A stretch of DNA of 64,000 nt, taken from positions 2,171,931-2,235,930 of the forward strand of contig BFEA01000032.1 of the NCBI GenBank assembly GCA_003427395.1, in the 5' to 3' direction. The notes beneath the pieces are model-generated. The model did not search any database and had not been told where the DNA came from. It worked only from the letters and a program-made list of their open reading frames with translations. The stretch comes from Chara braunii (taxonomy: Eukaryota > Plantae > Charophyceae). This document shows, one piece after another, positions 12,952 to 23,900 of this stretch; the stretch's first letter is position 1; each line of letters opens with the position of its first letter. A program made the position numbers and the translations under genes.

Positions 12952-13603
12952 CTACTTACGACCCCCCCTCTCCCCCATGAAGTGTATTATCTGTCCTGAC
13001 GAGTTTCATATCTGATCAGTGGTTCATCGGGATCATTTAAATTACATAAAAAAAAACTAAAATCCCCACGAGCGCGCGTGCAAATGTGTGTGTGAGAGAG
13101 ATAGAGAGAGAGAGTACCTACGACCCCCCCTCTCCCCCACCAAGTGTATTATCTGTCCCGACGAGTTTCATATCTGATCCGTGGTACATCGGGATCAGTT
13201 AAATTAAAAAAAAAAAAAAACTAAAATCCGCACGGGCGCTCGTGCATGTGTGTGTGTATGAGAGAGAGAGAGAGAGAGAGTACCTACGACCCCTCCTCTC
13301 CCCCACCAAGTGTATTATCTGTCCTGATGAGTTTAATATCTGATCCGTGGTCCATCGGTCCATCGGTATCATTCAAATTAAAAAAACAAACCTAAAATCC
13401 GCAGGGGCGCGCGCGCATGTGTGTGTATGAGAGAGAGAGATGGAGAAAGAGTACCTATGATCCCCTCTCTCCCCCAACGAGTGCATTACCTGTCCCGATG
13501 AGTTTCATATCCGAGCCGTGGTCCATCGGGATCAAGTAAATTAAGAAAAGAAACCTAAAATCCGCACGGGCGCGCACACATGTTTTTGTATGAGAGAGAG
13601 AGA

Positions 13604-13639
<36 letters not shown>

Positions 13640-13865
13640 CTATGACCCCCCCTTCCTCCCCCCAATCATCAAGTGCATTATCTGTTCCAATTCGTTTCAT
13701 ATCTGATCCATGGTCCGTTGGCATCCCCCCCCCAGCAAAAAAAAGAATGAAAAACTGCGCACTCAGGTGTGCGCGAGACACACACATACACAGACCCTAA
13801 CTAACCACGCCCGCCCCCCCCCCACCACGACCACAATCAAGTGTATTATCTGTCCACTGCACGTG

Positions 13866-13903
<38 letters not shown>

Positions 13904-14260
13904 TAACTGCGACCCCCTTCCCTCACCCCTCTCCCCCCCCCCCACCAACCACCATCAAGTGTATTATCTGTACCGACGAGTTTCGTAGCTGATCATGGGA
14001 AAAGAAACGAAAAACAGCACGGGTGAGAGAGAGAGAGTCTTAACCAACTACGACCCCCCCCAGCCATTGAGTGTATTATCTATCCGATCAGTTTCATATC
14101 TGATTCAGGGTCCACTGGGACCATTGAAAAAAACACACAGAAAGGGAAAATCCGCACGCGTGGGCGAGAGAGAGAGAGAGTCGATCAACCCCCCACGATA
14201 AGGTGTAGTATTTGTTCCGATCAGTTTCATATCTGATCCGTGGTCCATCGAGAAGCAGGA
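10100..14260 (+). repeat. Array of ~19 U2 snRNA-derived units in START intron 3
   Basis: Recurrent core GATCAAGTGTA(G/T)TATCTGTTCCGATCAGTTTCATATCTGATCCGTGGTCCATCG resembles plant U2 nt ~24-80 (GATCAAGTGTAGTATCTGTTCTTATCAGTTTAATATCTGATATGTGGGCCATCGG). Cores near 10108, 11507, 11549, 11705, 11759, 11872, 11928, 12111, 12293, 12397, 12978, 13140, 13306, 13478, 13667, 13835, 13953, 14067, 14196. Confidence 0.88.
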
Positions 14261-15490
14261 CCAATTTCGGGGGGAAAAAAAGGAAGTGCGAGTGATTTCA
14301 GGGGCGAAAAAAAGCGAGCGAAGCAGGCGCGTGCATGCATGCAGCCGCAAGGCGGGAGAGAGAGAGAGAGAGATTCCAACTTCTTTGTTTTTCTTGGCGA
14401 ACATTCCTTCTTTATTGCGGGAGTAGCCGCAACAGGTCGCCTAGTGATTAAGTTCGAAATACACCCATGCACTGTTGAAATACATACCCAAGCTCGGATC
14501 CAGATGCATCAGATGAACAGAATAAAGCAATTCTGAGTTACCTGGGGACGGTCAGTTAATTTCAATATCTCAATGCCGTCGCTCTTCTTTGGAACATACC
14601 CTGCGTTTTGTATTGTGTATAGGTAGCATATTCCAACCCCCACTCATTCCTTCGTGCCTTCAACGTTATATTCCCACTTGGATCCCACCTTTATTCCACG
14701 TGGTTAAGGTGGCCTTTTTCTACAGGGCGAATGGGACACGCCCACGTTGGTTCCAATACACCAAAGCCTCTTGATAAAGTGGGCCCACTTTGGTCCCAAT
14801 AGACCAATGACACGCCTTTCCCATCAATACAGTGACAATGTACTGCTCCTACTGACGTCCTGGACGCGCACTCTACTTCCTAGCTCCTCTGCATCTAGCC
14901 TATCTTTATGCCAGCAATCTATCCACGTGTCAATCACCCAATGCTGCATGAATTCTGCTGATTGAACAGCCTACCTTCGTCAACACCAGGTACGGGCCTC
15001 ATTCTCTTTACCTCCCTTCTCCCTTCCTTCCCGAAGGATCACCGCACGGCAGGCTTATCCTGGCTATGGCTGGTGTGCACCCTCCTCCTGCTCGCTGCCA
15101 CCGCAGCAGCTTCCTCCATGGGCACTGCCTGGCTGTGCTCTCCGGCAGTGTGACCACTCAGCCTCAATGCCCCACTGTGTCTGTCTGGGCGGCCTCATTG
15201 CTTTTGTGCTGGCTGGCGAGGCTGTGGAGGCTGCGCCCAGGCCCAATCCTTTCCCAGTTCCATGTGTCCTGGGCCCCTTTCTGAAGACTGTGTAGGCCCA
15301 GCCTCTGTAACCAATACGTGGGCCCAGGGCAATGCCCGCATGTATGCGTGCGTATACCCACCTACGTGTGCGTACTGGGGTGTGAATGAGGAGAATAAGA
15401 AGGGTAATACTGCAATAGTAATGGTGCTGGGGATAATGAGGATGAGGATGACCCTACTGGCTGCTGTACTGCACGTATGTGTGCGTATAG

Positions 15491-15937
15491 GTCCCACAAC
15501 GACTCTTGGAGGCCCTTTCAGGACAATCATCGGAGCATTCACCAAGGGTGGTATCGCAAACCCTTGTGTTGGGGTCAGCGGACAACTCTGCAGCGAGCGC
15601 ACAAGATCCATCTGCGAGTGCAACGAACTCCAATTTATTGAGCAGGTTGCCGAGATTGCCATCACTGAGACTGCGAAGGCGTCCCACGACTATGAATAGG
15701 CAACAATCAGCTGCAAGACCAGAGAGCAGCACTCAGGAAAGGCAGAAGAGGCGAAAACGTGTTGTGCTTCTCCTGGCTGCTGCAGGTGTTGTTCTGGCAA
15801 ATGGAGCGGTCCCGGGGCTTGGCACGAAGATAGCTGCCACGTGTTTGCTACAGAGCGCACATCTCAAGTTGACACGGAAATGGAGGGGGGCTCCAATGCC
15901 TCACGATGTCCTCGCTAATGCCGAAGATCCGTTGTGA
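15491..15937 (+). CDS. START protein terminal exon with C-terminal hydrophobic segment
   Basis: Acceptor TATAG|GTC, phase 0, giving SAVTLAHA|VPQRLLE (cf. AVTL.KKVP.ELE). Ends RKRVVLLLAAAGVVLANGAVPGLGTKIAATCLL..., resembling the family tail LLLGG.ICLSRG...LGAK.A. Stop TGA at 15935-15937. Intron 4459-15490 is ~11 kb including gaps. Confidence 0.72.
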   Translation, partial: VPQRLLEALSGQSSEHSPRVVSQTLVLGSADNSAASAQDPSASATNSNLLSRLPRLPSLRLRRRPTTMNRQQSAARPESSTQERQKRRKRVVLLLAAAGVVLANGAVPGLGTKIAATCLLQSAHLKLTRKWRGAPMPHDVLANAEDPL

Positions 15938-16866
15938 AAGGCGCTAGAGCATCACGAGTCTACTCGCAACGCTGCCACTTGTTTGCTTCAGAGCGCACAT
16001 CTCAAGTCGACGGGGCAATGGAGGGGGTGTCCTATGCCTCATGATGTCCACGCTAATGCCAAAGATCCATTGTGAAAGGTGCCAGAGAGCATCATGAGTC
16101 TATACCTGCAACGTTGAATCACTCCTCTGCCTCCACTTGTTTGCTTCAGAGCGCACATCTCAAGTTGATGCGGAAATGGAGGGGGGGGGTCCAATGCTTC
16201 ACGATATCCTTGCGAAGTCTGAAGATCCGTTGTGAAAGGCACTAGAGCATCACAAGTCTACTCGCAACGCTGCCACCGCTTGCTTAAGAGCGCACATCTC
16301 AAGTTGACGCGGAAATGGAGGGGGTGTCCAATGCCTGGTGATGTCCTCGCTAACGCCGAAGATCCGTTGTGAATGGCGCCAGAGCATCAGGAGTCTACTC
16401 GCAACGCTGCCACTTGTTTGCTTCGGAGTGCACATATCGAGTTGATGCGGAAATGGAAGGGGGGTCCAATGCCTCGTGATGTCCTCGCTAATGCCAAAGA
16501 TCCATTGTGAAAGGTTCGCCATAGCATCACAAGTCTACTCGCAACGCTGCCACTTGTTTGCTTCAGAGTGCACATCTCAAGTTGACGCGGAAATGGAGGG
16601 GGATGTCCAATGCCTCGTGATCTCCTCGCTAACGCCGAAGATCCTTTTGTGTGCATGGCGCCAGAGCATCACGAGTCTACTCGCAACGTTGAATCACTCC
16701 TCTGCCTTCGACTTGTTTGCTTCAGAGCGCACATCTCAAGTTGACGTCGAAATGGAGCGAAGGTCCAATGCCTTATGATCACCTCTCTAACGCCGACGAT
16801 CCGTTGTGTGAATGGCACCAGAGCATCACGAGTCTACTCGGGACGTTGAATCACTGCTCTGCCTCC
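15833..16866 (+). repeat. ~138-160 bp tandem repeat, 7 units, overlapping the START stop codon
   Basis: GCACATCTCAAGTTGA anchors near 15857, 15994, 16153, 16291, 16429, 16569, 16729. Confidence 0.92.
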
Positions 16867-17616
16867 CTCTTCTGCAGGCAAATGGTGAGGGGTCATCATT
16901 CGTTAACACGGTTTCTCTGTAAACTGGGGAAGCTTAACCAGAGGTTAAAATTTATCCATGAGTTTCCCCGACAGTGATGTAAAAGGCGAAACCCCCAGGG
17001 AAGGAAGAAAGAAACATGTGTGTGCACATCACTGGGCATGGTGACTCCTTGATCTCAATGTTCAAGACAAAGAAGATATGTTGTGGAGTGCTCTTTGATT
17101 TCATCACTCGGCATGGTTTGCACTATGCAGGGACACTGTTAAACGGAGCAGCATGGGCACAGGTCAGTAGATGCATAGTAGTGGACAGGTGGTGGATGTC
17201 TAGTTTGTCTTGTTGAATGCATCTGTGTGATTGGTGCTATGCAACCAATGAGGTAACGAGGGAGATGGTGTATGGATGCTATGCAACCAATGAGGTGACG
17301 AGGGAGATGGTGTATGGATACGTTGTCGGTTGGCAGGAAAGGGCCTTGTGAGTGCTGCAGATTTGATCTTTGATCACCGTTCCTGTTCATCTCTCTGCAG
17401 GCCACCATTTTCTTTCCTTCAGGCATCCTTTTCCACACTATGCCAACTTTCATTTGATTTTCTTTGATTCATATTATTTTCGTTGAGAACGCTCCATTTT
17501 ACGGTCGGTCATCTTGACCACTGATTGCATTGAGTTCTCCACTGTGTGTGTGTGTGTGTCGAGTACTTGCGCACACACATACGTGTGTGTGTGCATGTGT
17601 GTGAGAGAGAGAGAGA

Positions 17617-17648
<32 letters not shown>

Positions 17649-17662
17649 GTGTGTGTGTGTGT

Positions 17663-17735
<73 letters not shown>

Positions 17736-18100
17736 TTTGTCTTGAGCAGTGAACCTCAAGGATCACTGGCCTTTATCTGTGGCCTTTTGAAAACCAACCT
17801 CACGTTTTTTTTTTTTTTTTCCTTCCATTTTATGTCATGTTTTGCATGTCAGGTCCAAATGACGAGGTACAACAACAGTGGTTACGGGCCCTTTAAAACA
17901 CTACTACTTTCAGTGACTGCTGCAGTGTGCAAAATGCAGCAAATTCCATGTGCTGGGTGAATGGTTTGTTTGATTTCACTCTTCTGGAGTCTGTTCGCAA
18001 AGGACTTTCTTTTCTCTGCTAGTAACCCCTGGTTCTAAATGATTCGGAACCAAGGGTTGTACATCACAGAAACCAGTGCCAAAAATTCATGTACTCCATG

Positions 18101-18195
<95 letters not shown>

Positions 18196-18546
18196 ATGAG
18201 AGAGAAAATCTGGGGTCTTTTAAAACAACGCACACACACGCAACGGAAGGGCAGAGTTTCCCCAGCCAACGAAAACGTGGAAAGACACACACCAAATTGC
18301 CTGCCCTGCTACTTCTACCCTCTGCCTAGACCTACGATGGACTCCAAAGGCAACAACCCAATACTTGTCTGCATCTAGATGGAAACAGGGGGAAAAGGGG
18401 ACCTAGACCTATGACACGGACTCCAAAGGCAACAACCCAATACTCGTTTGCATCTAGATGGAAACAGGGGGAAAAGGGGACCTAGACCTATAACAAGGCA
18501 ACAGGAAAAGGCCGAATGGCCTAAGGCTACCAAACAGAGGCTACTA

Positions 18547-18651
18547 CAGTCTTCCTCCGAATACAACGTACGGTCATTATAGCTGAATTTAGACTGAAAG
18601 ATCCACCAAATTCAGATATATTGACCGTACGTTGTGTTTGGGGTAAGACTG
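18547..18651. mobile_element. 105 bp palindromic MITE, copy 2
   Basis: TA|CAGTCTTCCTCCGAATACAACGTACGGTCATTATAGCTGAATTT...AAATTCAGATATATTGACCGTACGTTGTGTTTGGGGTAAGACTG|TA. Confidence 0.8.
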
Positions 18652-18921
18652 TAGTGACAGACTCAGGGATAAAGTACCATAGGGTGCAGCACTCACAAAC
18701 AAAACACACGAGCTGCAGGTGTCGGGATCAAGTCCCGCAAGGCTCAAAACAAGAAAACGAACTACAAAGCCGAACACTCAGTCCCACTGGGAAACTGTGA
18801 TTTATTGCATACGCACACACGCACAAACACATACGCACACCGTCTGCAATAGAGGTCAAGCTGCTTAGATTTTGGATGTCCTCATGTGGGTGGAAGAGGG
18901 GCTATTGCGGTGGAAATCCAC

Positions 18922-18979
<58 letters not shown>

Positions 18980-19666
18980 AACAAACAAACAAACAAACAA
19001 AATGCAAAAGATGTGTGCAAAAGATGAATGAAAAAGAACTACTCTCATTCCAGTCATCCTATTGGCTACCTCCCCCCACGCCTCAAGATGAAAGATACTG
19101 AAAACGGTAAAAAGTCAAACACAGTAAGAGCAGAAATAAAAGCCCTCAACCCCTGCTCTGCATGCAACGCCTCTTACTCTCCCATTTCTCCTTCTCTTCC
19201 TGCTCCTGCTTGTCCACGCGTGTACATGTTCTGCCATGCCATTCTCAAATGCTTCCGTCGTTTGTTATTCGCACTTCTGCTGATGGTTCCTGTACGTCTC
19301 TTCTTCTCCACGTCCCTCCTCTTGTTCGGTCTCTTATTGCCGTCCTCATCTTGTACCCTTTCTCCTCGTTCAGCATGGCGACGAGGAAAAAACAAACGTT
19401 ACACCGTAACGGCATAACTTACCTGCAATTTTCCTCCTGCTACTCTTCCACTTGTCCTCGTATCCACAATGGAAACGGCTACTGTCCATTACTCAGATAG
19501 TTTTCCTCATCTCTGTTGCTCCTCTGTCTACCAAACAGTATTAACTCCTCGGGAAGATGACAGTACCGGAAAATAGAACCATGCCCCACCTTTGTGCACC
19601 CCTTAGCCCATCGTACTCGTACACATGCGCCAACTGCTCCAATTTCCCATCTCCTGCATCACATTT

Positions 19667-19742
<76 letters not shown>

Positions 19743-20999
19743 TTTTGTTCCGGCTTTGTCTATAGCATGACTGTGTGTACATGCATGAGAGAGAGAGAGA
19801 TGGGGGGAGAGAAAGAGAGAGGGGGGGGGAGAGAGAGAGAGAGGCTGTGCATGCTTGTGGAAGAATGGTCAACACCCACAGATAGGCGTCTCAACACCTG
19901 CGATAGACCAGGCGCAGCAAATCCATTTAGTATGCTGCTGTTTGCAATAGTAGTTCATAATGGGCACTGGCACGTGGCTGCTGCACAGAAATGGGTGAAG
20001 TGTGCCCTGCGCCAAATGAGGTCTTCAATCAGTGGCTGGCCTTAAACCACCAGTACACGCAGGCCTGGCGGCCTTCCACTACGCGCCAAGATTTTCCAAA
20101 CCGCCAGTGACACACTTTGTTCCTCCGTTGCCTGGCGCCGCTAGTCCGGAGGGACACACTTAACGCACGCGCAGTGACACGAAGGCACTGGAATGCACCA
20201 TATCACCGGCTGACGTGGATGGCACCCCAATTCAAGCTCTGTAAGAGATCAACCGCAGAGCACGTTGGAATCCGCGTATGTACATCCGTGGTCAGCGCCC
20301 TCTTAACTGTGCACGTGGTGACCTGTGTGACGTCACAGGGTTGACGTCGTTGGTGGCTGGCGGGGATTGCCCTTGAGAGCTGAAGTGTGGGTTTTGTGTG
20401 CTCCATTTCAGCAAGGAGAGCACTTTCAATCTGTGCCTTGTTCCATACAATACAAGAGCGTATAGACAAGACAGATTGAGGCCTCAGGGAACTATCTATT
20501 ATGATTGAAGTGAAGTGACTCAAATGACATCAATGGTGTTGACGTCAACATGGGCCAGAGAGGAGTGCCCTTGGAGATTGAGAATGCAGGTATCAATAGC
20601 GTTATAGTTCAGAAAGAGGAAGCAGCATCAGACTAAATCTTCGAGAGGGAGGAGAGTGGAGTAGTAACGAGGAGGGAAGACATAAAGTCGTCGTTGTTGA
20701 AGTTAACAGTGGTTAGGGAGGAATGCCCTTGGAGATTTAGAATATGGATCTCAGGCGCGATACAGCTCAGAAAAGAGGAATCAACATTAGACGAAACTTG
20801 GGAAGAGAGTCGAGTGTGGCGTACAGTTCAGGAATAAGGAATCAACGTTAGTTCAAACTCGGGGGGAGGAGGGTGGAACAGAAATGAGGAAGGAAAGTTG
20901 CATCTCCACAGAAGCCGCCGCCTCGGCGATAATACCCCGCTTTAATAGCCCACTTTCCACGGGGGGGGGAGAGAATCCCTATATCCTATCTTGGTAAAC

Positions 21000-23900
21000 A
21001 GAAAGGAGAAAGTAATATCAGACATAGGTTTTGAGAAGGAAGTAAGGACAAATGAACCTATAGGACAAATGAACCTATGAATAGAGAATTATACACGTGA
21101 ACAAATTGGCTTTCAGCATTAGGGATAAGAGCATTATAATTTCCTCAGGGGGATGATGCAGGAGGTTGGTAATCAGTGGCAAAAATAGTTTTTTTGGAGA
21201 TTTCGCCTTTAAACTGTTGGCCAGTGAGAAATTAGCAGTGAAAAAGACCAGCAGTAACTCGTCAATTGTGTTGATTCAAGAGGTCGAGGAGACTTCCATA
21301 GTGACGGCAGGAAGAGAGTAGTCTGAACTAATGGTAGAGAAGAGAGAGAAAAAAGTGGGGGGAAGGACGTCCAGGTGTGAAGGGTGGAGATCAGGGTCAT
21401 TGGCGAAGAGGAGGTTCAAGGAGGAATGGAAGAGCAACAGGATTGACGAAGGTGAGGAACACACTGGACAGAAGCCGGAACAACTGATGAGAGGGGGGGA
21501 TTCATTTTTCTTTTGTCTATTTAGTCAACATGAGGTTAGGATATAAGCGGGCAAAAGGTCAGGAATCCCTGTTGTTTTATCAGGGGCTATGAGGCACTCG
21601 TTGTTCCGTCAGCTGGGTACCTCGCCATATGCCCATCCAGCGGGTAGCCATGGCCCATGGGGGTCTGGTGCCAGGCAGGATGCTGTCCTCACAGACGGCA
21701 TTGGGTCAAAATTGGATTAAAGAGAAGGCGGCAGTGGGTTAGGGAGAAGACAATGGGACAAGAATGGGCCATCCACCAGAAGGGAAAGTTGAGGTGGGGA
21801 GGGAAGGAGACGTAATGAGAGTGCAGTCAGGCGAGAGAGAGACAAAAGGAAGGAAACAGATGAGGGAGGCAAACTCAGTGCAGGCTGTTCATCGAAATGC
21901 AGGGGAGAAACTCCTGATTGCTGCAAACCAAGGGAAGGATTTGGAAATGAAGGACATGGAGAACAGTGCGGGGGAAGTTCTCACTGCAGAAGAAAGAGCA
22001 AAAGAAGGAATAAATGAAAAGAAAGACCAAAAGAAGGAATACATGAAAAGAAAGAGCAAAAGAAGGAATACATGAAAATTCGAATGTACAGGTCACAAAG
22101 AATCACAAATCATCTGCTGTCCAACTGTCACACCCATCAGTCTCCCCCGCAATCTCAGGCAGAAACTTCGGTAGTGCAGGACAAGATTGCGCAACTGACA
22201 TGGGCCCAGCAGGTAAGAGACACCCTGCTGGCAAAATGCTCAACATCAAATGCCCAGCTATTGGTCCACAGGGATCACCCGCTGAAGAGTTGAAAGTTCC
22301 CCTAAGAAACATGCCATCAGCAAAGGCCTACTTCCTGTCTCTCTTTCTTCTTCCCTCATAACAACTCGTGATTGATCAAGGTGGAAGAAAGACCCTAATA
22401 AAATCCTATCCAACAAGACAATTGGCGAATCGAAACGCATTGTACACAAAGCATGCAAGCAGTTGGGCATACATCCGTTATGAGTGCGATGATTTTGATG
22501 ACCATGATCAGCTTATCGATGTATGATATTGTGTGGATATCGATCATATCGTAGATTCGTAGAGTCACATTGTGGCAGATGGCATGACTATTGTGTATTC
22601 AGTGTATATAAGTCGATGAATGATAAGGTCAAATGGGTATGCAAAAGGTTAGAAACAATGGACGAACGAACCGGAAACTCTGATGATTTTTTTCTTAATT
22701 CAACCAGTTTCGCCTACAGTGTTCACAATCCTTTGTATGTTCGACCGAGATAAGCTCCAGATGGATGGATGGAAAAAATGAGATGGGATGGATCAGAAGT
22801 GAGAATTTACCCTTGGATGCCGAAGAAGGTAGGATTGGAAGAGAAGCGGGAACAACTAATGAGAGACTTTTACTGGGTCGAGTTGCGGCACATCCCAAGA
22901 TGCTACATGGTCAACAAGAAGAACAAGAAAATCCCATTACTATCCAAGAGATTGGATTGGTGGGCTCAAACACACAGCAACACGATCCACCTTGGGACCA
23001 TATTCACGTCAGCACCAACAATGGGATGGCGAATTCGAACCCACAACGTGGGCCATGCTAATCAACTGCAATCTATGAATCAAAATTAGGTACGTTTAAT
23101 GCGAGAAATGAGTGTATCCCAAGTGATCAAAAGAAAGACGCTAGAAAACAACACTCCATCACTTGTTTTTCGAAGTGATCGCTTCGCGCGTTTTTATAAA
23201 CCCAAGATTGCATCACCTCACAACGAAGGAGCAGGTCAACATGGGCTGGGAGACTTTGTAATCTCACATGTGGATAAACACTTAAACAAATTGTTGAGGT
23301 GTCACAGTCATCCAGTGACCCGGCGACGACTCATTTCATAGGACACGTCGTGCCCCCGTCGAACAGAAAACATAGTAGTGACTCGTGGATTAAAAGAGGT
23401 CGTGTTTGAGCTCACAGAGGAACGTAAGTACTTGTTATTGACTCATTATCATACAGACTCCACACTAACTCAGCAACTTGTTGGGGACATGAGAGAAAAG
23501 TATGTTGTGGAGTTCGAGGAGGAAGAAAAAACAACAAGTATTAACTACTATTAAGTACAAAAGACTCTCTCTTGTCTCAGTCATTGACAAAGTAATCTTA
23601 CAGATGACCTTTACACAAGGGCAGCAAATGGTGAAGCAGAGGAAAAAGAGGAAAAAGATATATTTGAAGGAGAGAAAATATAAAGAGATCACTTGGTAAT
23701 GGAAGTAACAAGTAAGCGTCAGCGCCTCCGATAGTGGCTGGATAAAAATCAGGAAGACGCCCCTCTCTCGAAAAAAGGTAGAGGGGTCCTCCCGGTTGGA
23801 CTTGAGGATGGTAGATGGGAGGTAGGTCTATCAGAGCCCTCTGGTGCTCAATATGGCGAAGTAACAGTGTAGGAGATTCAGTCTTCGTTCATGTCTCTCT

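Noticed and set aside
10100-14260. Functional U2 gene cluster
   Set aside because: The units lack the 5' stem I region, Sm site and 3' stems, many have a mutated GTAGTA, and spacing is too short for promoters.
11460-16866. CRISPR-like appearance of the repeat arrays
   Set aside because: Eukaryotic context, long degenerate units, homologous rather than unique spacers, and no cas genes.
19416-19660. Minus-strand exon-like segment (TGCAG acceptor to CAG|GTAAGT donor), and ACTTACCTG as a U1 5' end (also near 423)
   Set aside because: All three frames contain stops, and U1 similarity does not extend beyond ~9 nt.
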